From NCBI RefSeq assembly GCF_000020025.1, contig NC_010628.1:4950001-4982000 (forward strand): DNA of 32,000 bases. Reading direction: 5' to 3'. Below the pieces are notes generated by a model. The model did no database searches. It had not been told where the DNA came from and saw only the letters and a list, made by a program, of their open reading frames with translations. Position numbers and translations under genes: made by a program. Shown piece by piece: positions 8,801 to 16,751 of the stretch. This DNA is from Nostoc punctiforme PCC 73102 (GTDB lineage: Bacteria > Cyanobacteriota > Cyanobacteriia > Cyanobacteriales > Nostocaceae). Position 1 is the stretch's first letter, and each line of letters starts with the position of its first letter.

Positions 8801-8900
8801 GACGCTTCTGCGTCACTCTAAGCGTAAAGCCTACGGGATAGATTCGCTTAGGGCGCAGCCTCTCGTAGAGAAGCCATGCCGCAGGCTTTACGCTACGCTA
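8801..8900. repeat. Small dispersed repeat (SDR-like) with internal hairpins
   Basis: It contains agcgtaaagcctacgg (8821-8836). That 16-mer recurs exactly at 12023-12038 and pairs with ccgcaggctttacgct (8879-8894, one mismatch). A gacgc-ttct-gcgtc hairpin also lies at 8801-8814. Confidence 0.6.
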
Positions 8901-8950
8901 TCGGTGTCCCATTCTTAAACCGCAAACTAAATATAGAAATACAGAATTAA

Positions 8951-9106
8951 CCCCTTCTGAACGGTCTTGCTGAAGGAGTGCGGCGTGTGACAGTGAATTT
9001 GCTCAAAGAGGAAATGTCTGTGGAAATCGTGACGAAAGTTACGGGTTTATCCGTGGAGCAGATACAGCAGTTGGCGGGTGAAGAAGCTGGTAATGTAGGG
9101 GAGTGA
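8951..9106 (+). pseudogene. Orphan C-terminal fragment resembling the tail of Rpn-family (PD-(D/E)XK) putative transposase/nuclease proteins
   Basis: The open frame has no start codon: PLLNGLAEGVRRVTVNLLKEEMSVEIVTKVTGLSVEQIQQLAGEEAGNVGE*. The ...NLL.EGMS.E.I...TGLS.EQ.QQL pattern is one I recall from C-termini of these abundant cyanobacterial proteins. This is memory-based only. Confidence 0.3.
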
Positions 9107-9199
9107 GAAAGCAAACCATCACAATTGATGGCGGAGCCATTGGGAATATATTCCCAGGTGAAACCTGGGAACAAGTAGTAAGCTTCTCACTCCTAACTT

Positions 9200-10315
9200 T
9201 TATTTCCCAAACCCTTTACCGCGAGAGGTTGAAGGTAGACAAATACAGTTTTCGAGTTGACTAATTAAAGCCTCACGATCCAAATTTTGACCAATCAGCA
9301 CTAGTTGGTTTTTCAATTTACCTTGCCATTCATCATCATCCAAGGTAAAGCGTTTACCACAAAGGTGGAAAATATGACGCTTCGGACTTTCATCAAACCA
9401 CATAATCCCCTTTGCTCGGAAGATATTTGAGGGTAGCTGGTTATCTAAGAAATACTGAAACTTCCTAATAGAAAAAGGCTTGTCACTTTGGAAAGAGATG
9501 GAAGTAAAACCATCATTTTCTAAATGGTCAGAATGATGATGATCGTGGCGATCGTGGTCATGGTCGTGATGATCGTGACCGCATGTTGAGTGGTCATGAT
9601 CGTCATGATGATCGTGATGTTCATGAGCGTGATGATCGTGTTCATCCGCCACTGTGTCAAAATATTTATCCGACTCAAACAGACCAACACTCAAAATTAA
9701 AGGAAGTGGCACTTGCGATCGCGTCGCGCGGATAATTCTTGCTCCTTCCTTCACCTCGTTAATTTTTGTTTCTAACTCGTTCAAAGTGGCTTCATCAACC
9801 AAATCAGCCTTATTCAGCACAATTACATCACCATAGGCAATCTGGCTGTATGCTGCTTCCGAGTTAAATAAATCTAGGCTGTAATTAGCCGCGTCTACCA
9901 CGGTAATAATCGAATCCAAGCGGGTTAAATCCCGCAATTCTGTGCCCAGAAATGTTAGAGCTACTGGTAGCGGGTCTGCTAATCCAGTTGTTTCCACTAC
10001 TAGATAATCTAGATTTTCTTGGCGTTCTAAAACTTTGTAAACTGCATCTACTAAATCATTATTAATAGTGCAGCAAATACAACCATTATTTAGTTCCACC
10101 ATGTTCTCACCAGTGGAAACAATTAGCTCGTTGTCGATGCCAATTTCGCCAAATTCATTCACGAGAACAGCGGTTTTCAAACCCTGTTGGTTGTTGAGGA
10201 TATGATTGAGTAAAGTCGTCTTGCCACTACCGAGGAAACCCGTAATAATTGTTACTGGCATTCCTTGTTTGGGCGTATCCATTGCCGAAGATTCGGGTGT
10301 AACTGCTGATTGCAT
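9200..10315 (-). CDS. COG0523 (CobW/ZigA/YjiA-like) G3E GTPase metallochaperone with a His-rich insert
   Basis: Walker A GFLGSGKTT, the CxCC motif GCICCT, NKADL, and a His/Asp-rich stretch DEHDHHAHEHHDHHDDHDHSTCGHDHHDHDHDRHDHHHSDH ahead of the CobW C-terminal domain. Confidence 0.88.
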   Translation of the reverse strand: MQSAVTPESSAMDTPKQGMPVTIITGFLGSGKTTLLNHILNNQQGLKTAVLVNEFGEIGIDNELIVSTGENMVELNNGCICCTINNDLVDAVYKVLERQENLDYLVVETTGLADPLPVALTFLGTELRDLTRLDSIITVVDAANYSLDLFNSEAAYSQIAYGDVIVLNKADLVDEATLNELETKINEVKEGARIIRATRSQVPLPLILSVGLFESDKYFDTVADEHDHHAHEHHDHHDDHDHSTCGHDHHDHDHDRHDHHHSDHLENDGFTSISFQSDKPFSIRKFQYFLDNQLPSNIFRAKGIMWFDESPKRHIFHLCGKRFTLDDDEWQGKLKNQLVLIGQNLDREALISQLENCICLPSTSRGKGFGK

Positions 10316-10452
10316 AGCGCTGTTATCAAATAGTCAAAAAATAGTAATGTAGCGCAGATAGTCCAGAAAACACTAGCATAGGGATGCTGGACTGTCATCC
10401 CAGCTGCTTTACCCTATTATTACGTATCTCCTTATTTCAGCATTACTCTGTT

Positions 10453-11958
10453 ATGACCCTAACCCTTTACAATACCCTCACCCGTCGTCAAGAACCGTTT
10501 GAAACAGTTGAAGCAGGCAAGGTTAAGATGTATTACTGCGGCGTGACGGTGTACGACTACTGCCATTTGGGTCATGCTAGAGCTTGCATCGTTTGGGACG
10601 TAGTACGCCGATACCTCCAGTTTATCGGTTATGAAGTGCGATATATCCAAAATTTTACCGATATTGATGACAAGATTCTCAATCGAGCTTGTGTTGAACA
10701 TTCCTCAATGGAAGCTGTAGCCAATCGCTTTATCAAAGCATATTTTGAGGATATGGCGCGGCTAGGAATCAGAGAAGCTGATGAATATCCCCGTGCTACC
10801 CATACGATGAATGGCATTCAACGGTTAATTCATGAGTTGGAAAAGAAAGGTTTTGCTTACCCTGCTGACGGCGATGTGTATTATGCAGTGCGGCAATTTG
10901 CTGAGTATGGCAAGCTTTCTGGACGCAAGTTAGAGGATATGCAAGCCGGGAAAAGCGAGCGCGTCAATGTAGAAGATCCAGAGTACCAGAAAAAGAAAGA
11001 CCCCTTTGATTTTGCTTTATGGAAGGCAGCAAAACCGGGAGAAACCGCTTGGGAATCACCTTGGGGCGCAGGTCGTCCGGGGTGGCATATAGAATGCTCG
11101 GCAATGGTGCGCGATCGCTTGGGTGACACTATAGATATTCATGCTGGTGGTGCTGACTTAATTTTTCCCCACCACGAAAACGAAATTGCCCAATCTGAGG
11201 CTGTAACCGGAAAACCCCTAGCACGTTACTGGTTACATAACGGTATGGTGAAGGTAGATGGTGAAAAAATGTCCAAATCTTTGGGCAACTTTATCACTAT
11301 TCGAGAATTACTGGATCGGGGAGTTAACCCGATGGCAGTGCGCTTATTCGTGCTAACTGCTCAATATCGTACACCCATAGATTTTACCGACGAAGCGATC
11401 GCCGCAGCAACCAACGGTTGGCACACTATAAAAGAAGGTTTACTTTTCGGCTACCAATACGGCGAAAAACTAGGATGGGATTTAGGGACTGGGGACTTGG
11501 GACTAGGGACTGAGGAAGAGTTTTCCCAATCCCCAATCCCCAATCCCCAATACCCAGTACCCAATCTTTATGTTGAGCGTTTCCAAGAAATTGTGAATAA
11601 TGACTTTAATTTTCCTGGTGGGTTAACAGTACTCTTTGAATTAGCTAAAGAACTGCGCCGTGAGGGGCATATTCTTGTGCATGAAGGGAAAACCGAAACA
11701 TCCCCAGATAAGTTAAAGCATCAATGGCAAACTCTTGTCACATTGGCTGGAGTTTTGGGTTTAGAAGCCGAGATAGAAGCGGAAACTGACAAGATTAATG
11801 GTTTAAGCGATGCGGAAATTGAAGCGAAAATTCAGCAAAGGCAAGAAGCGCGTCAAGGCAAAAATTTTGCCGAAAGCGATCGCATTCGTGACGAACTCCA
11901 AGCAGAAGGTATTACGCTAATTGATAGCCGTGATGGTACACGCTGGCATCGGAATTAA
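10453..11958 (+). CDS. cysS: Cysteinyl-tRNA synthetase
   Basis: MTLTLYNTLTRRQEPF..., the HIGH-type motif HLGHAR, KMSKS, and the Zn-ligand contexts YCGVT, GWHIECS and HHENE. I prefer the ATG at 10453 because the 23 upstream residues of the ORF-track call look non-native. Confidence 0.92.
   Translation: MTLTLYNTLTRRQEPFETVEAGKVKMYYCGVTVYDYCHLGHARACIVWDVVRRYLQFIGYEVRYIQNFTDIDDKILNRACVEHSSMEAVANRFIKAYFEDMARLGIREADEYPRATHTMNGIQRLIHELEKKGFAYPADGDVYYAVRQFAEYGKLSGRKLEDMQAGKSERVNVEDPEYQKKKDPFDFALWKAAKPGETAWESPWGAGRPGWHIECSAMVRDRLGDTIDIHAGGADLIFPHHENEIAQSEAVTGKPLARYWLHNGMVKVDGEKMSKSLGNFITIRELLDRGVNPMAVRLFVLTAQYRTPIDFTDEAIAAATNGWHTIKEGLLFGYQYGEKLGWDLGTGDLGLGTEEEFSQSPIPNPQYPVPNLYVERFQEIVNNDFNFPGGLTVLFELAKELRREGHILVHEGKTETSPDKLKHQWQTLVTLAGVLGLEAEIEAETDKINGLSDAEIEAKIQQRQEARQGKNFAESDRIRDELQAEGITLIDSRDGTRWHRN
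11477..11566. repeat. STRR1-type heptamer arrays forming an imperfect inverted repeat inside the cysS coding sequence
   Basis: Left arm: four GGGACTN heptamers at 11485-11512, plus a gggattta unit at 11477-11484. A 12-nt spacer follows. Right arm: six CCCAATC/CCCAGTA heptamers at 11525-11566. The whole unit is 90 nt and in frame, encoding GWDLGTGDLGLGTEEEFSQSPIPNPQYPVPN. Confidence 0.85.
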
Positions 11959-11986
11959 AGGAAACTGGGAAGTAGGAATTGAATTC

Positions 11987-12141
11987 TTCCCAATTCCCAA
12001 TTCCCAATTCCCACTTGCCCTGAGCGTAAAGCCTACGGCATAGCTTCGCTTAACGCGCAGCGTCTCCGTTAGGAGAAGCCGTTCGCGTAGCGTCTCGCAG
12101 AGAAGGGATTCCCAATGCCCAATTCCCCATTCCCAATTCCT
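11987..12141. repeat. STRR heptamer array (TTCCCAA type) interrupted by an SDR-like element
   Basis: ttcccaattcccaattcccaattccca at 11987-12014 and attcccaatgcccaattccccattcccaattcc at 12107-12141 flank 12021-12106. That interior shares the exact 16-mer agcgtaaagcctacgg and further blocks with 8821-8880. Confidence 0.7.
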
Positions 12142-12147
12142 TAAATT

Positions 12148-13587
12148 ATGTGGTCTGAACTTAAAAAAGCGATCGCTAGTTTCGACATTCCTGCTGATTG
12201 GATCGGTATCAGAGCCGTAAAAGAGACTTCTACAAGCCGTTCAGTACGTGACGGCTTACCCCAGACAAATGGCAAATCCTTCACTGTTGGAGCCATGCTG
12301 GAAGTTTTGGTCAACGGCTGTCTGGGTTATGCAGCTACTAACTCTCTGGAACCGTCTTCCCTAGAAGCTGCTGCTCAAACAGCCTATAAACAGGCACTAG
12401 CAGCCAGTGAATGGTGGATACATCCCTTTCGTGAAAGTGAGCGCCCTAAAGTCGTTGGTGAATATAAATCTCCATTCCTTGAACCTTTTGATGCTTTGAG
12501 TCCGGGAGAAATCAACGATTTACTGGTTCGTATTTGCCAAACGCTGAAAGTTGACGACAAGATTGTGCAAACCATAGCCGGTGCTAGCACCATTGAGAGA
12601 GAGTCTTGGTTTGTTAGTAGTAATGGCTCAGAAGTTTATCAAAAAATTCTATCTATAGCTACTCATTACGGAGCCACCGCCCAAGATGGGTCAATTGTAC
12701 AGCAGCGCAGCAACAATGGCTCCCAAGCAAACTGTTACCAAGGCGGACTCGAACTATTAAAACAAGAAAACTTATGGCATCGGGTGCGGCAAATTGGCGA
12801 ACAAGCAGTAGAACTCTTGACAGCAGAAGAATGCCCAACTACCCGTACCAATTTAGTTTTAGCCCCAGATCAAATGATGCTGCAAATCCATGAAAGTGTT
12901 GGGCATCCCCTAGAAATTGACCGAATTTTGGGAGATGAGCGTAACTATGCTGGGGGCAGCTTCGTTAATAAAAGTGATTTTGGCAACCTAGTATATGGTT
13001 CGCCACTGATGAACATTACCTTTGACCCCACCGTGGCTGGTGAATTTGCTAGCTATGGCTTTGATGATACTGGTGCTGTAGCAACGCGGGAATATTTGGT
13101 CAAAGAAGGAGTACTTCAACGGGGTTTGGGCAGTCTAGAGAGTCAAGCTAGAGCAGGTGTATCAGGAGTAGCCTGTGCCCGTGCTTCTTCATGGAATCGA
13201 CCAGCGATCGATCGCATGGGTAACTTGAATTTAGAACCTCTAAACGCTAGCTTTGAAGACATTATTAGCGGCATAGAACACGGCGTTTATATGGAATCTA
13301 ACCGATCTTGGTCAATTGACGATCGCCGTTACAAATTCCAATTTGGTTGTGAGTACGCTAAATTAATTGAAAATGGTAAACTCACTAAAACCCTCCGCAA
13401 TCCCAACTATCGCGCCACAACACCAGAATTTTGGCATAGCTTAATCCAAGTAGGAAATGCTGAAAACTGGCAAATGTATGGTACTCCTTATTGTGGTAAA
13501 GGAGAACCAAATCAAGCCATTTGGGTAGGACATGGTTCCCCTGTTTGTGTATTTGCTAATGTCGAAGTTTTTGGTGGAGGAAGTTGA
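12148..13587 (+). CDS. tldD: TldD-family metallopeptidase (peptidase U62)
   Basis: 479 aa with the HExxxH motif in IHESVGHPLEIDR and a C-terminal GxC...G block typical of TldD. Confidence 0.8.
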   Translation: MWSELKKAIASFDIPADWIGIRAVKETSTSRSVRDGLPQTNGKSFTVGAMLEVLVNGCLGYAATNSLEPSSLEAAAQTAYKQALAASEWWIHPFRESERPKVVGEYKSPFLEPFDALSPGEINDLLVRICQTLKVDDKIVQTIAGASTIERESWFVSSNGSEVYQKILSIATHYGATAQDGSIVQQRSNNGSQANCYQGGLELLKQENLWHRVRQIGEQAVELLTAEECPTTRTNLVLAPDQMMLQIHESVGHPLEIDRILGDERNYAGGSFVNKSDFGNLVYGSPLMNITFDPTVAGEFASYGFDDTGAVATREYLVKEGVLQRGLGSLESQARAGVSGVACARASSWNRPAIDRMGNLNLEPLNASFEDIISGIEHGVYMESNRSWSIDDRRYKFQFGCEYAKLIENGKLTKTLRNPNYRATTPEFWHSLIQVGNAENWQMYGTPYCGKGEPNQAIWVGHGSPVCVFANVEVFGGGS

Positions 13588-13598
13588 AAAAGTTAATA

Positions 13599-13810
13599 GT
13601 TAGGAGTTAGGAATTAGGAGTGAAGAGGTGGTACTTTAGGTAGGCATAATTAACATAAAATAAAATCCTAGTTAGTAGTGAGCGATTTATCGCCCAAAAC
13701 AAGGATTATTAAGACTAAAGTCCTTACTACAAGGTTTAATTTATTTATACCTAGCTACTTAAGAGTTTTGAGTTCAAAAACTCTTCAACTCCTAACTCTT
13801 AATTCCTAAC
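13599..13810. repeat. Long-range inverted repeat of TTAGGAG/TTAGGAA heptamers enclosing a nested hairpin element
   Basis: gttaggagttaggaattaggagtgaagag (13599-13627) pairs imperfectly with ctcttcaactcctaactcttaattcctaac (13781-13810). An inner 8-bp stem is gtagtgag (13674-13681) with cttactac (13723-13730). An AGCGATTTATCGC core is related to the palindromic repeat family. Confidence 0.6.
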
Positions 13811-13846
13811 TTTCCCCGGCTTATTCCCTATTAATCTTTAATATCC

Positions 13847-15193
13847 ATGAAAATTGAGGAATTATCTGCGTTAGAAGTCAGCTTTAATCGACTGATTGAA
13901 ACTCTGCTGATAAAAAAAGCAGAAAATGAACAATTCACTGTCAAACTCAGTAGTGAAAGAAGTCAATTCACTCGTTTCAATCATGCGAAAGTGCGACAAA
14001 CTGGTTGTGTTGCTGATGGTTGGATCGAACTGACTCTGATGGCAGATCAACGCAGTAGTGTTAGGCAGTTTCCCTTTACTGGAAATTGGGAGTTGGACTG
14101 GCAATTAGCATATTCTGCTTTGCAGGAATTACGCGACGAACTGATTTTATTACCCATCGATCCATATCTAGTTTTACCATCAGGAACTAATACCAGTCGT
14201 GAAGTACATTCTGGGAATTTATTGCCAGAGGAAGCAGTAGTATCAAGTGTATTAGAACAAGTTAATGAATTAGATTTTACTGGTATATATGCTGGAGGAA
14301 TAGTAATTAAAGGTTATGGTGATTCCAGTGGTCAAAAACACTGGTTTGCTACTGATTCTTTTACCTTAGATTATTCTCTATTTTCCACTTCTGGGCAAGC
14401 CGTTAAGGGCACATTTGCAGGAAGTGATTGGAATAAATCTGCTTATATAGCCAAAATCAGCGAAGCTAAAAAACAACTCGAATTGCTTGCTCGTCCATGT
14501 AAAGAACTGCCACGAGGACAATACAAAACTTATTTTGCACCTGCTGCTGTTGCAGATTTATTAGTCATGCTTTCTTGGGGAGCTATTAGCGAAGCTGATA
14601 TCCAACAAGGAAATAGTGCTTTAGCTGCTTTATCGCGTCAAGAAAAACAACTTTCGCCAGCATTTAGTTTGAAAGAAAACTTTCAGCGCGGATTAGTACC
14701 CCGATTTAATGAATTGGGAGAAATGGCAGCACCGGAGTTACCTGTAATAGAAAAAGGACTTTTGGTAAACACTCTGGTTAATTCTCGCACTGCTAAGGAA
14801 TATCAGAAAACTGCCAATGGTGCTAATGGTTCAGAGACTCTCCGTGCGCCAGAAATCAGTCCCGGAAATTTAGTATTTGAGCAGATTCTTCCGAGATTGG
14901 ATACAGGATTGTATCTATCAAATTTGCATTACTTGAATTGGAGCGATCGCCAAACTGGTAGAATCACAGGTATGACCCGTTATGCTTGTTTTTGGGTAGA
15001 AAACGGAGAAATTATTGCTCCCATTGAAAACTTACGTTTTGATGAAAGTCTCTATCGCTTTTGGGGAGAAAACCTAGTAGATTTAACCAATTTTCAAGAA
15101 TTTATTCCCGAAGTAGGCACTTATGATAGTCGCCAACTAGGAGGTAGTTTAGTTCCCGGTATGCTGGTAGAAAATTTTACTTATACTCTGTAA
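13847..15193 (+). CDS. pmbA: PmbA/TldE-family protein, partner of TldD (no HExxxH)
   Basis: 448 aa directly downstream of tldD. The overall TldD/PmbA fold pattern is present (C-terminal ...GMTRYACFWVENGEI...LGGSLVPGMLVENF), but it lacks the metal motif, as expected for the TldE subunit. Confidence 0.72.
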   Translation: MKIEELSALEVSFNRLIETLLIKKAENEQFTVKLSSERSQFTRFNHAKVRQTGCVADGWIELTLMADQRSSVRQFPFTGNWELDWQLAYSALQELRDELILLPIDPYLVLPSGTNTSREVHSGNLLPEEAVVSSVLEQVNELDFTGIYAGGIVIKGYGDSSGQKHWFATDSFTLDYSLFSTSGQAVKGTFAGSDWNKSAYIAKISEAKKQLELLARPCKELPRGQYKTYFAPAAVADLLVMLSWGAISEADIQQGNSALAALSRQEKQLSPAFSLKENFQRGLVPRFNELGEMAAPELPVIEKGLLVNTLVNSRTAKEYQKTANGANGSETLRAPEISPGNLVFEQILPRLDTGLYLSNLHYLNWSDRQTGRITGMTRYACFWVENGEIIAPIENLRFDESLYRFWGENLVDLTNFQEFIPEVGTYDSRQLGGSLVPGMLVENFTYTL

Positions 15194-15297
15194 TCAGATA
15201 TTAATTGCGTTTTTGATGAATTTGCAACACCCAGCTCCCCGATTTATCAAAGAAGTAGGGGATCTGGTTGAACAAGAATATTTTAGTGGTAAAAATT

Positions 15298-15339
15298 GTT
15301 GGGTTTTGCTATTGCTTAACCCAACTTATAATTTTTATT
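15298..15339. terminator. Bidirectional rho-independent terminator between convergent pmbA and the 15359 gene
   Basis: Stem gttgggtt (15298-15305) pairs with aacccaac (15318-15325). T-rich sequence follows on the + strand (ttataatttttatt) and on the - strand (aattttta). Confidence 0.55.
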
Positions 15340-15358
15340 CATCTCTTACTTAGAGCCT

Positions 15359-16027
15359 CTATCTTTTTTTGCTAGGAGGTGAATTGCGCTGAGTAAGGTT
15401 ATCAATTTGCAATTGTTGCCGTCCGTTAGTGACAATTCGCAACATATCTTTGAGATCCTGCTCGATATTGCCCAAAATGCCATCAGCATAAGCATCAGCA
15501 CCATCTTCAATGTCTTGAGCCTGAGCGATCGCAGTTTGTCGCATTTGCTCTAATTCTTGCTGACAAACATATCGCTTGCGCTCAATCTCGGTGAGGGTTT
15601 CTTGCATTATTCCCTCACACTCTTGTTGCACTTGTCGCCGCAGTTGTTCAGCTTCTTGTTCAGCCTGTTGAATAATATCGCTTTCAGCTAAGATTTGCGC
15701 TCTTTTTGCTTGCGCGGCTTCAACAACCTGTTGTCCATACTCTTCCGCTTCTAACAGAATTTCATCCTTTTGCTCAAGGATGGCTGCTGCTTCTTGAAAA
15801 AGTGATGGTAAAGCAAGCCGAATGTAATCAAGCTGTTCCAGCAGCTTTTCTTCATCTATGAGCGTGCGTCCCGTCAGAGGAATCCTGAGACTAGAGAGAA
15901 CTATTTCCTCTAGGCGGTTGAGTTCCTGCTGAATATCTATGCTTCCCTCTCCACCGAGATATTCTTCAGGGGGGGGATTGCTTCCGTTGAGATTGGGTTC
16001 AACATTGGAGAGTTGTGATTGTAGCAT
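15359..16027 (-). CDS. Coiled-coil protein (DivIVA-like / ATPase-subunit-H-like class); function unknown
   Basis: 222 aa. The block ...[38 protein letters not shown]... is followed by a long Q/E/A-rich heptad region. The only canonical start, ATG at 16025-16027, overlaps coaD by 91 nt. Confidence 0.55.
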   Translation of the reverse strand: MLQSQLSNVEPNLNGSNPPPEEYLGGEGSIDIQQELNRLEEIVLSSLRIPLTGRTLIDEEKLLEQLDYIRLALPSLFQEAAAILEQKDEILLEAEEYGQQVVEAAQAKRAQILAESDIIQQAEQEAEQLRRQVQQECEGIMQETLTEIERKRYVCQQELEQMRQTAIAQAQDIEDGADAYADGILGNIEQDLKDMLRIVTNGRQQLQIDNLTQRNSPPSKKR

Positions 16028-16488
16028 TGGTATATATCTAGGGCAATGTGTGGGGGAACGAGATGATCGATAGAGCCGCCAAACCTTGCAATCTCTCTTA
16101 CCACACTACTACTTAAAAAACTATACTCATTTGAGGTTGCTAGAAAAACTGTTTCTATTTGGGTAGAAAGAGTTTTATTGGTGTGAGCCATTTGCAGTTC
16201 CACTTCAAAATCTGACACAGCCCGTAAACCCCGAAGCAAAACTTGTGCGTGTCGCATTTGGGCATAGTTTACGGTAAGACCATCAAAACTGTCTACTTCT
16301 ACATTAGGTAGATGTTGTGTAGAAAGACGGATCTGCTCTAGCCGTTGCTGGACGCTAAAAAGTGGCGTTTTGTTTGGGTTCCGCAGTACAGCGACAATTA
16401 CCCGCTCAAACAGCCGACTACCGCGCTGAATGAGGTCAAGGTGTCCCAAGGTGATGGGGTCGAAGCTACCAGGATAAATAGCAATCAC
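15937..16488 (-). CDS. coaD: Phosphopantetheine adenylyltransferase
   Basis: (GTG start) [33 protein letters not shown]... carries the nucleotidyltransferase H/T-x-G-H motif. About 25 extra C-terminal residues run into the next gene. Confidence 0.9.
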   Translation of the reverse strand: MIAIYPGSFDPITLGHLDLIQRGSRLFERVIVAVLRNPNKTPLFSVQQRLEQIRLSTQHLPNVEVDSFDGLTVNYAQMRHAQVLLRGLRAVSDFEVELQMAHTNKTLSTQIETVFLATSNEYSFLSSSVVREIARFGGSIDHLVPPHIALDIYQCYNHNSPMLNPISTEAIPPLKNISVEREA

Positions 16489-16751
16489 AATTTTAGATAT
16501 ATCAAAGTTGTTTAGGTGATTATATCGAAACTCTTTTGTGTAACTTACTCAAATCTACCATCTTGCGCTCTGAGCAAGAATGCTAAACTCAATTGTTTTT
16601 GTGACACAAGTTATGCTCAACTAGGCGTTAGGAATTAGACTCCTAAATATGGATGCTGGATTTTAAGCGTAGTTTCAGTATTCGAGATGTAAAAAACTCC
16701 GTACTTAGCAAAGTGCGCGGGTAGTTAACAAACTTTTCTAGGTAATTTCTC

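Noticed and set aside
8947-9174. 75-aa minus-strand ORF
   Set aside because: It has no family features. The opposite strand carries a more plausible, though fragmentary, coding remnant, so I treat this as its shadow.
10322-10328. Possible Zur/Fur box in the COG0523-cysS spacer
   Set aside because: Only a single half-site-like GTTATCA is present, with no matching 7-1-7 partner. That is not enough to call.
10384-10452. N-terminal 23-aa extension of cysS in the ORF track
   Set aside because: CysRS proteins begin at the MTLTLYNTLT-type sequence. The extension (MLDCHPSCFTLLLRISLFQHYSV) looks like translated leader. I trimmed ndhO (1042-1080), dtd (8744-8764) and thioredoxin (29010-29048) in the same way.
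11477-12141. Heptamer arrays considered as a CRISPR or other spaced-repeat locus; the same applies to the arrays at 28611-28652 and 30906-30933
   Set aside because: The units are 7 nt long, strictly tandem and without spacers. This is classic STRR behaviour in heterocystous cyanobacteria, not CRISPR. No cas genes are present.
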